Shown one piece after another: positions 11,673-23,280 of a DNA stretch of 64,000 nucleotides. Under the pieces are notes generated by a model. The model saw nothing but the letters and a program-made list of their open reading frames with translations, was not told the DNA's origin and searched no databases. The position numbers and the translations under genes are program-made. Origin of the DNA: Octopus sinensis (lineage: Eukaryota); NCBI RefSeq assembly GCF_006345805.1, contig NC_043008.1, forward strand, positions 57,288,001 to 57,352,000, read 5' to 3'. Each line of letters opens with the position of its first letter. Within the stretch, counting starts at the first letter, position 1.

Positions 11673-11772
11673 NNNNNNNNNNNNNNNNNNNNNNNNNNNN
11701 NNNNNNNNNNNNNNNNNNNNNNNNNNNNNNNNNNNNNNNNNNNNNNNNNNNNNNNNNNNNNNNNNNNNNNNN
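11673..11772. other. Assembly gap (100 N)
   Basis: Run of exactly 100 N; true size unknown. Confidence 1.
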
Positions 11773-11799
11773 CTTTATATATTATATATATTATATATA

Positions 11800-11968
11800 T
11801 ATATATATACGACGGGCTTCTTTCAGTTTCCGTCTACCAAATCCACTCACAAGGCTTTGGGTCGGCCCGAGGCTATAGTAGAAGAAACTTGTTCAAGGTG
11901 CCACGCAGTGGGACTGAACCCGGAACCATGTGGTTGGTAAGCAAGCTACTTACCACACAGCCACTCCT
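11800..11968 (-). mobile_element. SINE family A, 5' half, abutting the gap
   Basis: GACGGGCTTCTTTCAGTTTCCGTCTACCAAATCC...CACACAGCCACTCC. Confidence 0.9.
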
Positions 11969-13074
11969 CTGTGTGTGTGTGTATGAATATTGCTCACGAT
12001 TCCTTACTCTCATTCATTTTTATACTCCAGCATAGTCTATCATTCTCTCTCCGCTGTGCATGTGTCTATATCTCTCCTCTCTCTCTTACCTCCATCCCCG
12101 AGTTTCTCCCTCATCCTCTCTCTCTATTTCTGTTCCTCTCCTCTCACTTTCTGTATCTCACTCACTCTCTCCCTCCATCTGTCCTCCTCCTCCTCTCAGT
12201 ATGTGCCTCCTTCAGTACTTGAATCCCCCCTCTTCTCCGTTATCTTTATTTTCCCCCCTCTCAATTCTCTCGTCATCGCCATGTTTATTTATTTCCCTCA
12301 CTCAGAAAGTTCCATGTTATTTCCCTTGTTGCTAACCTTACAATTCTTGACGTAATTGAAGTATCATTCTAAAATATCTCACGGCATTAAATCAACAACA
12401 CAAAAACACATTTGTATTTTTAACCCTTGCTTTCGTTTCGTTTCCATTTCCCAAATTTAATAGAATTTAATATTCCTTCTTCTTCTTTTTCTTTACTCGT
12501 ATTATTTCATTTGAATATTTGTTCGTTTGTGTTCTTTTTGACTTTCTATTTTATAAACATTTTGAGTAAATGAAAACAAATAATTCAATTTTTTTGTTCT
12601 ATTGGAAGCAGTTATATCCGTTATTTATCACGTTTCCCACATTCTCTGTATAAATCTTTATTGAAACGCGTACCAAAGTTATTGAGTCAATAACAAGAGG
12701 CTTATATTGTAGCCTTTTATTCGATAGATTGAAGCAATTGATGACTTTCATAGACGTGCAAAAACAAGCTGGAAAGAATAGCACTCGAATACCAAAGGGT
12801 ATTGAAGCTGGAAAACTTCACAACTGTAATTCCGAGTTTCACGTAAGCGATTAGAAGACAGAGGTGATTTTTTTTTTTTTTGTCTGATGATCGCTTACCG
12901 TGAAAATCGGAACAACATTTTGTGAAGCTTTTGGGCTGTAACAGAACACACAGACACACAGACACCCACACACACTCTCCGCCCCCCCCCCCGCCCCCCT
13001 CTATCTCTCCCTCTCTCTCTCTCTCTCTTCCTCCTCCCCCACTCTCTCTCTCTCTCTCTCACGCACACACACTT

Positions 13075-13223
13075 CTGCAAAGATAATCTGGAACTGGACT
13101 TAAGAAAGAAAACTCCGAATGACCCGTCCTTGCATTTTTTGTATCGTCTGTCTCGATGTTTTGCGTTCTTGTCCATTTTTGCTATTCTTTTTATATAAAT
13201 ATAGCGGCGTACGTACACTTTGG

Positions 13224-13230
<7 letters not shown>
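13075..13230 (+). repeat. Dispersed repeat family F, copy 1 (possibly a PLE terminus)
   Basis: AAGAAAGAAA(A/C)CTCCGAATGACCCGTCC...GTTTTGCGTTCTTGTCC...ATAGCGGCGTACGTACACTTTGG. Copies at 13843-14000 (+) and 32790-32870 (-). Confidence 0.8.

Positions 13231-13312
<82 letters not shown>
13227..13312. repeat. (TA)n microsatellite
   Basis: Direct reading. Confidence 0.97.
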
Positions 13313-13316
<4 letters not shown>

Positions 13317-13842
13317 TTTCTATGACTATTATTCTTCCATTCTTTCCTTCTTTCTATCAGCCCCTTCACACTTACTTCGTTCTTTCCACTCTGCTTTCTT
13401 TCGTTCCCTCTCTCTCACATTTTCTGGCTTTCTCTTCACCCTCACCTTCCCTCCTCTTTCACTTCACTCTGTCCCTTTTCTTTTTTTCTCGTCCCTCCTT
13501 AATTCTTCTCTCCCTCTGCCTCTACCTCTCGCCTGACCTTTCTTTCTTGGTTCGACTACCACCCGTGCAACATTTATATTCCACCCTATGCCTGTCATCT
13601 CTTATGTCCCTGCCGTAAGGCTTCACTTCCACACACGCCAGCTTAGTTTAATTCGTCCCTAGTCGAAAGACACCTGTTGTTATGTCCTTTATTTGCAAAT
13701 TTATTTGTGTACCATTTCTCCGTTTTTTCCGTTCTTGTTTTCGTATACATTCGCTGCTTTCTTCCAATGAATCTAGTGCTCTTAGCTTAGTTTTTTCTTG
13801 GGGATGGCCAGATTGGAGCACTCTCGAGTATAACCAGCCGAA

Positions 13843-14000
13843 ATTGCAAAGATAACCTGGAACTCGACTGAAGAAAGAAACCTCCGAATGACCCGTCCTT
13901 TTTCGTTTTTGTATTGTCTGTCTGGATGTTTTGTTGTCCCTTTTTGTATCATTTAACTGTCTGGAGGTTTTGCGTTCTTGTCCCATTTTTGGTATTCCTT
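13843..14000 (+). repeat. Dispersed repeat family F, copy 2
   Basis: Aligns with 13075-13200. Confidence 0.8.
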
Positions 14001-14053
<53 letters not shown>

Positions 14054-14184
14054 ACACACACACAGATGCATGCATAAATACATACACACGCACGCGCGGG
14101 TTCAGCCAGCTAACCGCCTTAGATATGCTATAAAAATTTGATTCAAATTTTGGCACACCCACAGCAGTTTTGAAGGAAAGGGCA

Positions 14185-14335
14185 AATCAATGATCAACTG
14201 CTACGTATTTTATCGACCCCGAAGGAATGAAAGGCGAAGTCGGCCTCGGCGCAATTTGAACTCAGAACGTAAAGACGGACGAAATAACGCTAAGCACTTT
14301 GCTCGTCGTGCTAACGGCCCACTTCGTCAGCCCAC
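14185..14335 (-). mobile_element. SINE family B
   Basis: TTATCGACCCCGAAGGAATGAAAGGCGAAGTCGGCCTCGGCGCAATTTGAACTCAGAACG core. Confidence 0.85.
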
Positions 14336-14905
14336 GATTTATATGCTCATGGTGTGCAAACAATGTGTGGGCATGCCCAGACAAATGCATACGTACGAAT
14401 AAAGTCAAATATGAAATAGAAGTAGAGTTAATGCTGTATACATTATCAACCACGTATACTTAACGCAAATATAACGTATATTTGCCGGCAGGCTGCGATA
14501 TGGTGTTGTGGAGAATATACTCTCAAAGCACCGAGGGTTAAAACACAGGCAGTGGACTGGCGTAATGATTCATCTCCGATCCTGTTCAGGTACGTGATGT
14601 TGATAAGCTACATATATGACAGAGAGAGAGAGAGAGATTACGATTTATCTGTAGCCACGAAATGGTGCATGTGTAGTGAATACAAGTCATGTAAAGCAAG
14701 CAACTGCCTTTGGAATAATGTCCTTGTTTTTGTCCAGAAGCAGTAATTATTCCATTTCTTTGCAAGAGAAGTTTAATTTCAATCTGGAAAGAACTTCATT
14801 TCGAAATGTTTTCTCTTCACACCCCATGCATTTATAATTGCATTTAATCCGTGATTCTCTTCGAGTTACGTTATTTGCTTTAATTTCCGAGCATCCTGAT
14901 AGATA

Positions 14906-15290
14906 TGGAAGCACTCCGTCGGTTACGACGACGAGGATTCCGGTTGATCCGAATCAACGGAACAGCCTGCTCATGAAATTAACGTGTAAGTGGCTGAGCA
15001 CTCCACAGACACGTGTACCCTTAACGTAGTTCTCGGGGATATTCAGCGTGACACAGAGAGTGACAAGGCCGGCCCTTTGAAATACAGGTACAACAGAAAC
15101 AGGAAGTAAGAGTGAGAGAAAGTTGTGGTGAAAGAGTACAGCAGGAATCACCACCATCCCCTGCCGGAGCCTCGTGGAGCTTTAGGTGTTTTCGCTCAAT
15201 AAACACTCACAACGCCCGGTCTGGGAATCGAAACCGCGATCCTACGACCGCGAGTCCGCTGCCCTAACCACTGGGTCATTGCGCCTCCAC
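14906..15290 (-). mobile_element. SINE family C, full length, young
   Basis: A-box TGACCCAGTGG and B-box GTTTCGATTCC; 11-bp TSD CCTGATAGATA (14895-14905 / 15291-15301); ~97% identical to 45328-45711. Confidence 0.92.
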
Positions 15291-15385
15291 CCTGATAGAT
15301 AACACAAGTTTTGAATCATAATTTGGTGATATTATTAATGATTTGATTACAGAAAGAGTGCTTGGATTCGATAACATAATCAGAG

Positions 15386-15619
15386 GAGGCGGCGAGCTGG
15401 CAGAAACGTAAGCACGCCGGGCGAAATGCTTAGCGGTATTTCGTCTGGCGCAACGTTGTGAGTTCAAATTCCGCTGAGGTCGACTTTGCCTTTCATCCTT
15501 TCGGGGTCGATAAATTAAGTACCAGTTACGCACTGGGGTCGATGTAATCGACTTAATACCTATGTCTGTCCTTGTTTGTCCCCTCTATGTTTAGCCCCTT
15601 GTGGGTAATAAAGAAATAG
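15386..15619 (+). mobile_element. SINE family B, full length
   Basis: GGCGGCGAGCTGGCAGAAACG head, GTTCAAATTCC B-box, core, and tail GTGGGTAATAAAGAAATAG. Confidence 0.92.
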
Positions 15620-16296
15620 GTGTTACATTGTCATTTGTACTTATTTGCTGTCTAAGTGATTCTGACTGGAATATATAAATTCGAATTCATCGATCAATGA
15701 ACCCAAGTTGAGAAAGAGTAGAGTGATCATGAAGTTAGTCATTTCATCGATGATTTTGTTAGCAAGGTGGGTTCTATAAATTGTTGAATATTTTCTTCAA
15801 ATTTTCCCTGAACAAATGTTTGCCAAGATGAACGATGAAACCTCGCGATGTGTGCATCAATAGGGCAACGCCATCTATCTTACATCATAAGATTAGATGA
15901 AGGCATATCTTGGAATGGTTTTCTCTGATGAGAGTTGTGTAGCTTTCAAGTTATAGAAACGCATGGAGAATGGAAATCGATGCTCAGGAATTGACGACCT
16001 GTTGAAAATATGAGAACAAAATATGACATCTTTTCACCTCAGCTGCATTCAACCTACCTAAGCAGGCGAAAATAATATAACACCTTGTAAAAACCACATT
16101 CACAATGCACACCAACAATCATTACATCCTGTCAACAAAATTACATCTAAATTCATACAATAGCTCTATCATTTTTACAATTTTTATACTGAAATAGCTG
16201 CTTTTCTTTAATCAAAACTCTAAAGTATAACAAGCTTGGGAGATTTAGATAAAGGGAGTAGAACAGAAATTTAAGAGAAGGTAATACATTTAAGGT

Positions 16297-16545
16297 GGAG
16301 GCTCGTGGCTAAGTGGTTAGGGTGTCAGCATCATGATCGTAAGATTGTGGTTTCGATTCCTGGACCGGGCGACGCGTTGTATTCTTGAGCAAAACACTTC
16401 ATTTCACGTTGCTCCAGTCCAATCAGCTGGCAAAAATGAGTAACGCTGCGATGAACTGGCGTCCCGTCCAGCTGGGGAACGCATACGCCATTGAAACCGG
16501 GAAACCGGGCCCATGAGCCTGGCAAGGCTTTAAAAGGGCACATTT
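16297..16545 (+). mobile_element. SINE family E
   Basis: GGAGGCTCGTGGCTAAGTGG A-box and GTTTCGATTCC B-box, then CTTGAGCAAAACACTTCATTTCACG body. Confidence 0.8.
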
Positions 16546-17321
16546 AATTTTATTATTAATATATTTAAGAGTTCTAACAACCAATGTTTGCATTTCATTT
16601 TCCGGGCCAATGAAACACCGATGTGTAGTGAATACAACCTATCGCTATCGGTAGTTTTGTTAACATATTTGTAGCCTGTTGTTATATGCATTGTTATTTA
16701 AATGTGGTTCTTTTCGTCAAAGAATCAGTTTAAACCATAAATTTTACATAACCGCTGATGTTAATAATGAACAAATTTTGTAGATTACACAATGAAGATC
16801 GCATCGTATAAGAGGATAAAAGATACTGATTTTAGCTGCAACAAGAGGGAGTTACATTTTATAGGGTTGTCAAATAAATTCGTTGGAGGTTTTTTCCCAT
16901 TTATTTTAATCCCTTTCAATATTATTTGAATGAACACGAAAATATATTTATCGGAGTATTTTAAGGGGAGTTTTTGTAGCTCTGTTCTTCCTTTATCGTT
17001 TTTGAAATTTCAATTAATTTTACCTTTTTTCAAACATACAACGATGGAATGCGAAGTAGAAAAAGAAAACGGATAAAATTTTATCTTTCAAGTTTAGCAT
17101 TTGACATAGAAGTGAACTCAAGTAAATACCGTAGTCACAAAAATGTTCAGAGGCAGGCTACAGTGAAATGAAAAGACCTTTTTTTAAAAATCAACACAAG
17201 TCGTAATTGATTAAATTGCCCCAGTATCTCAATACTTAGGTTTTTCAAATTCGAAAAGATGAATGACAAATGTAAGACAGTAACAAAATTAGCATAACGA
17301 AGGGACATAAATCATCATGAA

Positions 17322-17367
17322 AAATTTAACAAATGTTGAACTGAGCTTAATTCCAGCAGTTGCATCA
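17322..17367 (-). pseudogene. GAPDH: Fragment of GAPDH coding exon 9 (second relic)
   Basis: 41/46 nt identical to 42865-42910; DATAGIKLSSTFVK vs [14 protein letters not shown]. Confidence 0.8.
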
Positions 17368-17568
17368 GAGCTACTCTAAACTATTCTATATTTTAGTTAA
17401 CTTTAGTACAAAGCCAACAAAATAGAGGTAGTCATTATTTGAACCAACCACGGTATACTAGGAGTAACTATTTTAATGAGCCCACTAGATGAATGATTCC
17501 AAATAGTCAATCCCTGTGAAATATATGGAATATAAACGTAGAATGTAGACTTCCAGTCTCCACCACCA

Positions 17569-17651
17569 ACTTACCATGCAACGAGTTTAATAAATGTTTG
17601 AGTGACCTTAACACCAGCAGATGCATCAAAAGTGCAGCTTCTTTCATCAGA
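17569..17651 (-). pseudogene. GAPDH: 3' half of a GAPDH coding exon 9 copy with intact GTAAGT donor
   Basis: 64/77 nt identical; SDERSCTFDASAGVKVTQTFIKLVAW vs [26 protein letters not shown]; same phase-2 donor. Confidence 0.92.
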
Positions 17652-17670
17652 ATTTCCTTAAGATAAATGA

Positions 17671-18000
17671 CATCAGATTTCTTTAAGATAAATGACAAGG
17701 GGTTTACAGAAACTATAAACAACATCACAGAGAGGCTGTCTCCTTGGGATATGCCTTTGCGATACTGTATTCTATCGGTGATAATACAGTCACTCTTTGT
17801 GTTTAATTTTGAAGCTGGTGGCCCACGATGAAGTCAGGTCAGCTATAGCTTTGACTATTCTCACTGGAACTTTAGTAAGTTGAAGAGTTTCTTGCATCCA
17901 TGAGCGGGGAACAGAGTCAAAGGCTTTCTTGTATTCTAGCCACATTGAAACTAGGTTCCTCCTATGCTCTCGCACTTCTGACATCACAGTTTTGTTGATT
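17671..18000 (-). mobile_element. R4/Dong-type (RLE) LINE, RT motifs 3-4
   Basis: WLEYKKAFDSVP, then after a frameshift RKGISQGDSLSVMLFIVSVNPLSFILKKSD. Confidence 0.85.
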
Positions 18001-18119
18001 AGCAATTGTTCGGCATATCTCCACACATACATATGTATGTATATATGTATGTATGCATGTATGTATGTATATGTATGTATGTATGTATGTATGTATGCAT
18101 GCATGCATGCACATATATA

Positions 18120-18175
<56 letters not shown>

Positions 18176-18244
18176 CATGCATGTATGTGCATACGTGTGT
18201 GTATGTGTGTGAGCACGTATATATCTTAGTCATGCACATTGAAA

Positions 18245-18580
18245 GAGAGAGAGAAGAAGAAGAAGAAGAAGAACAAGAAGAACAAGAACAAGAACAAGAA
18301 GAACAAGAAGAACAAGAACAAGAAGAACAAGAAGAACAAGAAGAACAAGAACAAGAACAAGAAGGAGAAGAACAAGAACAAGAACAAGAACAAGGAGGAG
18401 GAGGAGGAGGAGGAGGAGGAGGAGGAAAAGAAGAAGAAGAACAACAACAACAAGGAGAAGAAGAAGAAGAAGAAGAAGAAGAAGAAGAAGAAGAAGAAAA
18501 GAAGAAGAAGAACAACAACAAAAGGAGAAGAAGAAGAAGAAGAAGAAGAAGAAGAAGAAGAAGAAGAAGAAGAAGAAAAA
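18245..18580. repeat. (GAA)n/(GAACAA)n/(GGA)n purine-rich tract
   Basis: Direct reading. Confidence 0.95.
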
Positions 18581-18924
18581 GGTTAGAATGGGAGTGGGAA
18601 AGACACACACTTGCACACGCACACTCTCACACACACTCATACACACACACACACCACACACACATACACTCACAAGTCGTATTACTTCGACTCCATCTCT
18701 CGATGACCTCAGTTATTGTATTAGTTTACTTGTTTAGTGCGACGGAAGAGATCCATAATAAACAGAGAGAAAATTAAGATGGATTATTTTAAGCTAGGCA
18801 CAAATGTAATGCATTGTGACGGAGCTTTTAAACTAGCATGCGTAACACAAACTACATTATCGGTTGAGTCTATTATATACTTAACATATGGGGGTGGCTG
18901 GTTATAGAAATGTTGGCTACTATA

Positions 18925-19400
<476 letters not shown>

Positions 19401-19743
19401 AGAGTATAAAATAATAATCATTTCTCATGCTTATGCACAAAACCTATGAAAATATAGAGTATATGACATGAAAAATATGTGATCTGACTCTTGATCCAGC
19501 AGGGTAGGAAAGATGGTAGGCAGATGTGAAGCAGAGTGTGATAAAGTGACGAAAAGCACAATCGAGTTTGTCGTGATTTAGTGAAGTAAAAAGGGTAAAG
19601 ACCTCCTTCGGTCATGAATGACTTTGGGATTGCACCTAGAAAGTTACCCTACGCGGTGGGATTGAACCCGGAACTATATGGTTGGAAGCAAGCTTCTTAC
19701 CACACAGTCACACCTGCGCCTATGTAAAAAAATCTTGTTTCAG

Positions 19744-19833
19744 GGTTGGCATGATGGCCGAACCGCTACCTGCAATATCATCCCTTCATCAACTGGTCAG
19801 GCTAAGCCTTGTTTGTAGAGTACCCTAGAGCTG
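19744..19833 (+). pseudogene. GAPDH: GAPDH coding exon 7 copy with retained acceptor
   Basis: TCTTGTTTCAG acceptor as in the real gene; [21 protein letters not shown] vs [21 protein letters not shown] (47/63 nt); then compensating indels; donor lost. Confidence 0.9.
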
Positions 19834-19949
19834 GAGAATATTTGATAAACACCCTTGGTTTCCATTATGCTGATATGTTAGATAGCCTTAACAGAGGGTC
19901 ATTAGATAAAATACAGTAGTGCTATAAGTATTTGTTTGCCAAGCTAATA

Positions 19950-20514
19950 TTGGATTGTCCGGAAAGTTCGTGCCGATTTTTAAAGGAAAGAAAAAGGTCA
20001 ATAAATACTTGCCGTTACATTTTTAATCAACCAAATATGAACCATTTTGTTGCACATTGCATCTCCATCTTTCCTTTAACTTTAAAATACCCTCTTCCCA
20101 GAATTGAGGTGGTTTCATGGCAAAGAATTCATCAAGGTATCTTTTTACGCCATCCAAGGAATTGAAAGTTTTACCATTAAGACTATTCTGCAGAGACCTG
20201 AATAAGTGGAAATCCGAAGGAGTAATATCTGGTGAATATGGAGGGTGGAGTAACACATCCCAGCCGAGCTGCAGCAATCTTTGTCTGGTTCCCAAAGCAT
20301 CAAGTGCCGAAAATGAACTTTCTTATCTTCCATTTTAAAGGGTTACAGAATTAACACAGGTTATAGGAACATAAACCTTCTTCCACGAAAAGATAGCTTA
20401 AACTGTGCTCTAAATGGAGGTGTAGTCAAATCCCGTTTTCGGACTCAACCATGTTCGAAAATAAGTCGAAAGGTAAGCTACTATAAATCGGCACGAACTT
20501 TCCGGACAACCCAA
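19950..20514 (-). mobile_element. Internally deleted mariner element (565 bp)
   Basis: 30-bp TIRs with 1 mismatch, flanked by TA. N-terminal MEDKKVHFRHLM is fused to C-terminal HPPYSPDITPSDFHLFRSLQN...W. Confidence 0.95.
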
Positions 20515-20711
20515 TAGTTCTCTCACCCATATCTAAGATGGCTTGTCTGTTTTAAAGAAAGACAGAGTAACCAACTGTATGTGATCAGCTCAAATAATTT
20601 GTGTACAGTAATTACATTTACCGAATGATATATTTTCATTAATTAAGAGAAATTAAACCAAAAACAAATTCCATCTTAAAATGGGATTTCTTATTTCTTA
20701 TTAAAAGTGAC

Positions 20712-21114
20712 TTACTCTTTACTCTTTACTTGTTTCAGTCATTTGACTGCGGCCATGCTGGAGCACCGCCTTTAGTCGAGCAAATCGACCCCGGGACTTA
20801 TTCTTTTTTGTAAGCGCAGTACTTATTCTATCGGTCTCTTTTGCCGAACCGCTAAGTTACGGGGACATAAACACACCAGCACCGGTTGTCAAGCAATGCT
20901 AGGGGGACAAACACACACACATACACACACACATATATATATATACATATATACGACAGGCTTCTTCCAGTTTCCGTCTACCAAATCCACTCACAAGGCA
21001 TTGGTCGGCCCGGGGCTATAGCAGAAGACACTTGCCCAAGATGCCACGCAGTGGGACTGAACCCGGAACCATGTGGTTGGTTAGCAACCTACTTACCACA
21101 CAACCACTCCTGCG
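20712..21114 (-). mobile_element. SINE family A, full length
   Basis: Complete head, microsatellite and tail. Confidence 0.93.
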
Positions 21115-21253
21115 ACTTGCAGTAAATTGATGCATTTATTTCCATTCAACTGCTTTATTTGACAAGTATAACGTGAAATATTTGAAGAGTTTTGTTTTGA
21201 ATTTGGTTAAGAAAGAAAATAAATATCATCTTCCTTTTATTTGTCCTTTTCAG

Positions 21254-21332
21254 AAAATTTACTTTTATGTCTTTCAGGGTGCCAACCGCCGATTTGTCTG
21301 TTATTTATCTGACATACACGTTGGCTAAAGCG
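21254..21332 (+). pseudogene. GAPDH: GAPDH coding exon 8 copy (79 nt) with flanking intron homology
   Basis: Same length and phase as the real exon; 63/79 nt; KFTFMSFRVPTADLSVIYLTYTLAKA vs [26 protein letters not shown]. Acceptor TTTTATTTGTCCTTTTCAG is identical, and ~150-200 nt of downstream intron still aligns. Confidence 0.93.
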
Positions 21333-21850
21333 GTCGGTCGTTTTATGATTATTTATTGTTATCATGGCAAATGCTTGTGTAAGTACAATAGACTATGTAT
21401 ATCCAGGAAAAATTGAACATACGATCTATTTTTAATTATTATAAAATGTTTTAATTAATAAACAACAATCTCAGTAAAGCATAAATATTAATATAAATTT
21501 TCCCTTTGTTTCATCAATTTGAAACGCCATAGATAACAGCAGTAAATTAACCTATTTGGCACTCATTAATGTAGATATACCACTAATTAAACATCGATTG
21601 GCAGCTGTGTGACATTGACTGATTTGCCTTTAAGTTAGTGGTTCTTAACGAGGATCCACGCGGCCCTTGGAGGGCCACATAAGATTTTGTTAAAACTTAT
21701 GAGCAATAAATTGCTTCCATTTCTACAATCCACAAAATATTTCAACAATTCTTTTTTTAATACAATTCCTAATAATATTTATTTATAAAATAAGGCGGCG
21801 TGCTGCCAGAATTGTCAGCACGCCGGACAAGAGTAATTTTATTCTAATTT

Positions 21851-22412
21851 TATTCAGCTGAATAAAATTACTGCTGTTGTCTGTCAGCAAGAACTTCCGG
21901 CGGTGTCAGCAAGAACTTCCGGCGGTGTATTTGTCGCTGTTATTTATGACAACCCTAAAACATTAACTCTAACCCTAACCCTAAAACCCTAACACCCTAA
22001 CCCTAAAAACCTAATCCTAACCCTAACCCTAAAACCCTAACTCTGACCCAAAACCCTAACCCTAAAACCCCAACACCCTAACCCTAAAACCCTAACCCTA
22101 ATATCTTAAAACCAGTACAAACGCACGAACGATGTCATAAATAACAGTGACAAACGAAAAATACACCGCCGGAAGTTCTTGTTGACAAACAACAGCAGTA
22201 ATTTTATTCAGCTGAATACACGTCATTGATTGGTTGAAATTACCGAAATACGACAACTTTAACGTGAAATAACTTCGTAAATATAAGCTTTTCTCAAAAA
22301 TGCTAAGAGTAAAAGATGTTTTATATGACACATTCTACCAGTGTCCGAAGTTTGAAAGTGTTTAGTTACAAAAAATTATTTTTTAAATCTGTAGGTCAAA
22401 AGGTAAAGATCC
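21851..22412. mobile_element. Foldback/MITE element with (CCCTAA)n-like core
   Basis: Arms 21851-21951 and 22133-22218 are inverted repeats around ~150 bp of degenerate CCCTAA. 22219-22412 matches the MITE at 3056-3340. Confidence 0.75.
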
Positions 22413-22597
22413 GGACAAGATGCTTAGCGGCATTTCGTCCGTCTTTACGCTCTGAGTTGAAATTCCGCCGAAGTCGACTTTGCCTTTTATTCTTTCGGGG
22501 TCGATAAAGTATACATAGCAGTTGAGTACTGGGGGTTGATGTAATCGACTTAACACCCTCCCCTAAAATTTCAGGCCTTGTGCCAAAATTTGAGACT
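22413..22597 (+). mobile_element. SINE family B, 5' truncated, alternative tail
   Basis: Core plus CCCCTAAAATTTCAGGCCTTGTGCCAAAATTTGAGAC. Confidence 0.8.
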
Positions 22598-22811
22598 AAT
22601 ATTTAATTATAAAATATGTATGGTGGTACAATACAGCAAAAATAGGAAACATAGGCGTCTAGAGGCCAAAAATGGTTGAGAAGCACCGTTTGAAGTTAAA
22701 CAGAACCTGCTGGTACTTGAAGCTTTCCTTTCATAGAAAGTCGATGATTTCTTTATAAGCTGAGATTTGATTCTCAATTGCAGCTACTGTGTGTTTTGCG
22801 CATGTGCGAGG

Positions 22812-22887
<76 letters not shown>

Positions 22888-23280
22888 GTGTTGTGTGTGT
22901 GTGTGTGTGTGTGTGTGTTCGTGATTCCTTTCGGAAACATACCTTGGTGTGAAGCTTTTGAATTCTCCGAAACAATGTAATTTGATATTTTACTTTGAGC
23001 CACTAGAAAAACAACAACAACAACAATAAAAAAAAAAGTGTTAGTATTACCTTGTCAGATAAAATCGTTTGTTTCTTTTCAGCATTATTTGAATTAACAC
23101 AAAACATTTTTCTTTTCATGTTTTATGTTTTTCTTTGTAGTTCTATTCTTCTACAAACTTTGTTCATCGTTTTTGAAATTTGAATAAATTCAACCTCTTT
23201 TCACACATATATCGACGAAGTGCCAAGTAGAAAAAAAAGAGAAAAAACGGGCATTTTTTTAATTTCTGCTTCTCTTCCAT

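Noticed and set aside
13860-13900. CTGAAGA...CGAAT hammerhead-like motif in family F
   Set aside because: GAAA core is GAAT, there is no clear stem II, and the other copy lacks CTGA.
15640-16860. Several exon-like minus-strand islands with short introns (e.g. 16128-16058, DVMIVGVHCECGFYKVLYYFRLL)
   Set aside because: Joining them hits in-frame stops and no homolog was recognised. Unresolved rather than disproved; RNA-seq would settle it.
18181-18777. Glu/Gln-, Lys/Asn- and Leu-rich ORFs
   Set aside because: Translations of GAA/GAACAA/GGA simple repeats.
21951-22101. True telomere or chromosome-fusion scar
   Set aside because: Short, degenerate, single orientation and embedded between the arms of a repeat element.
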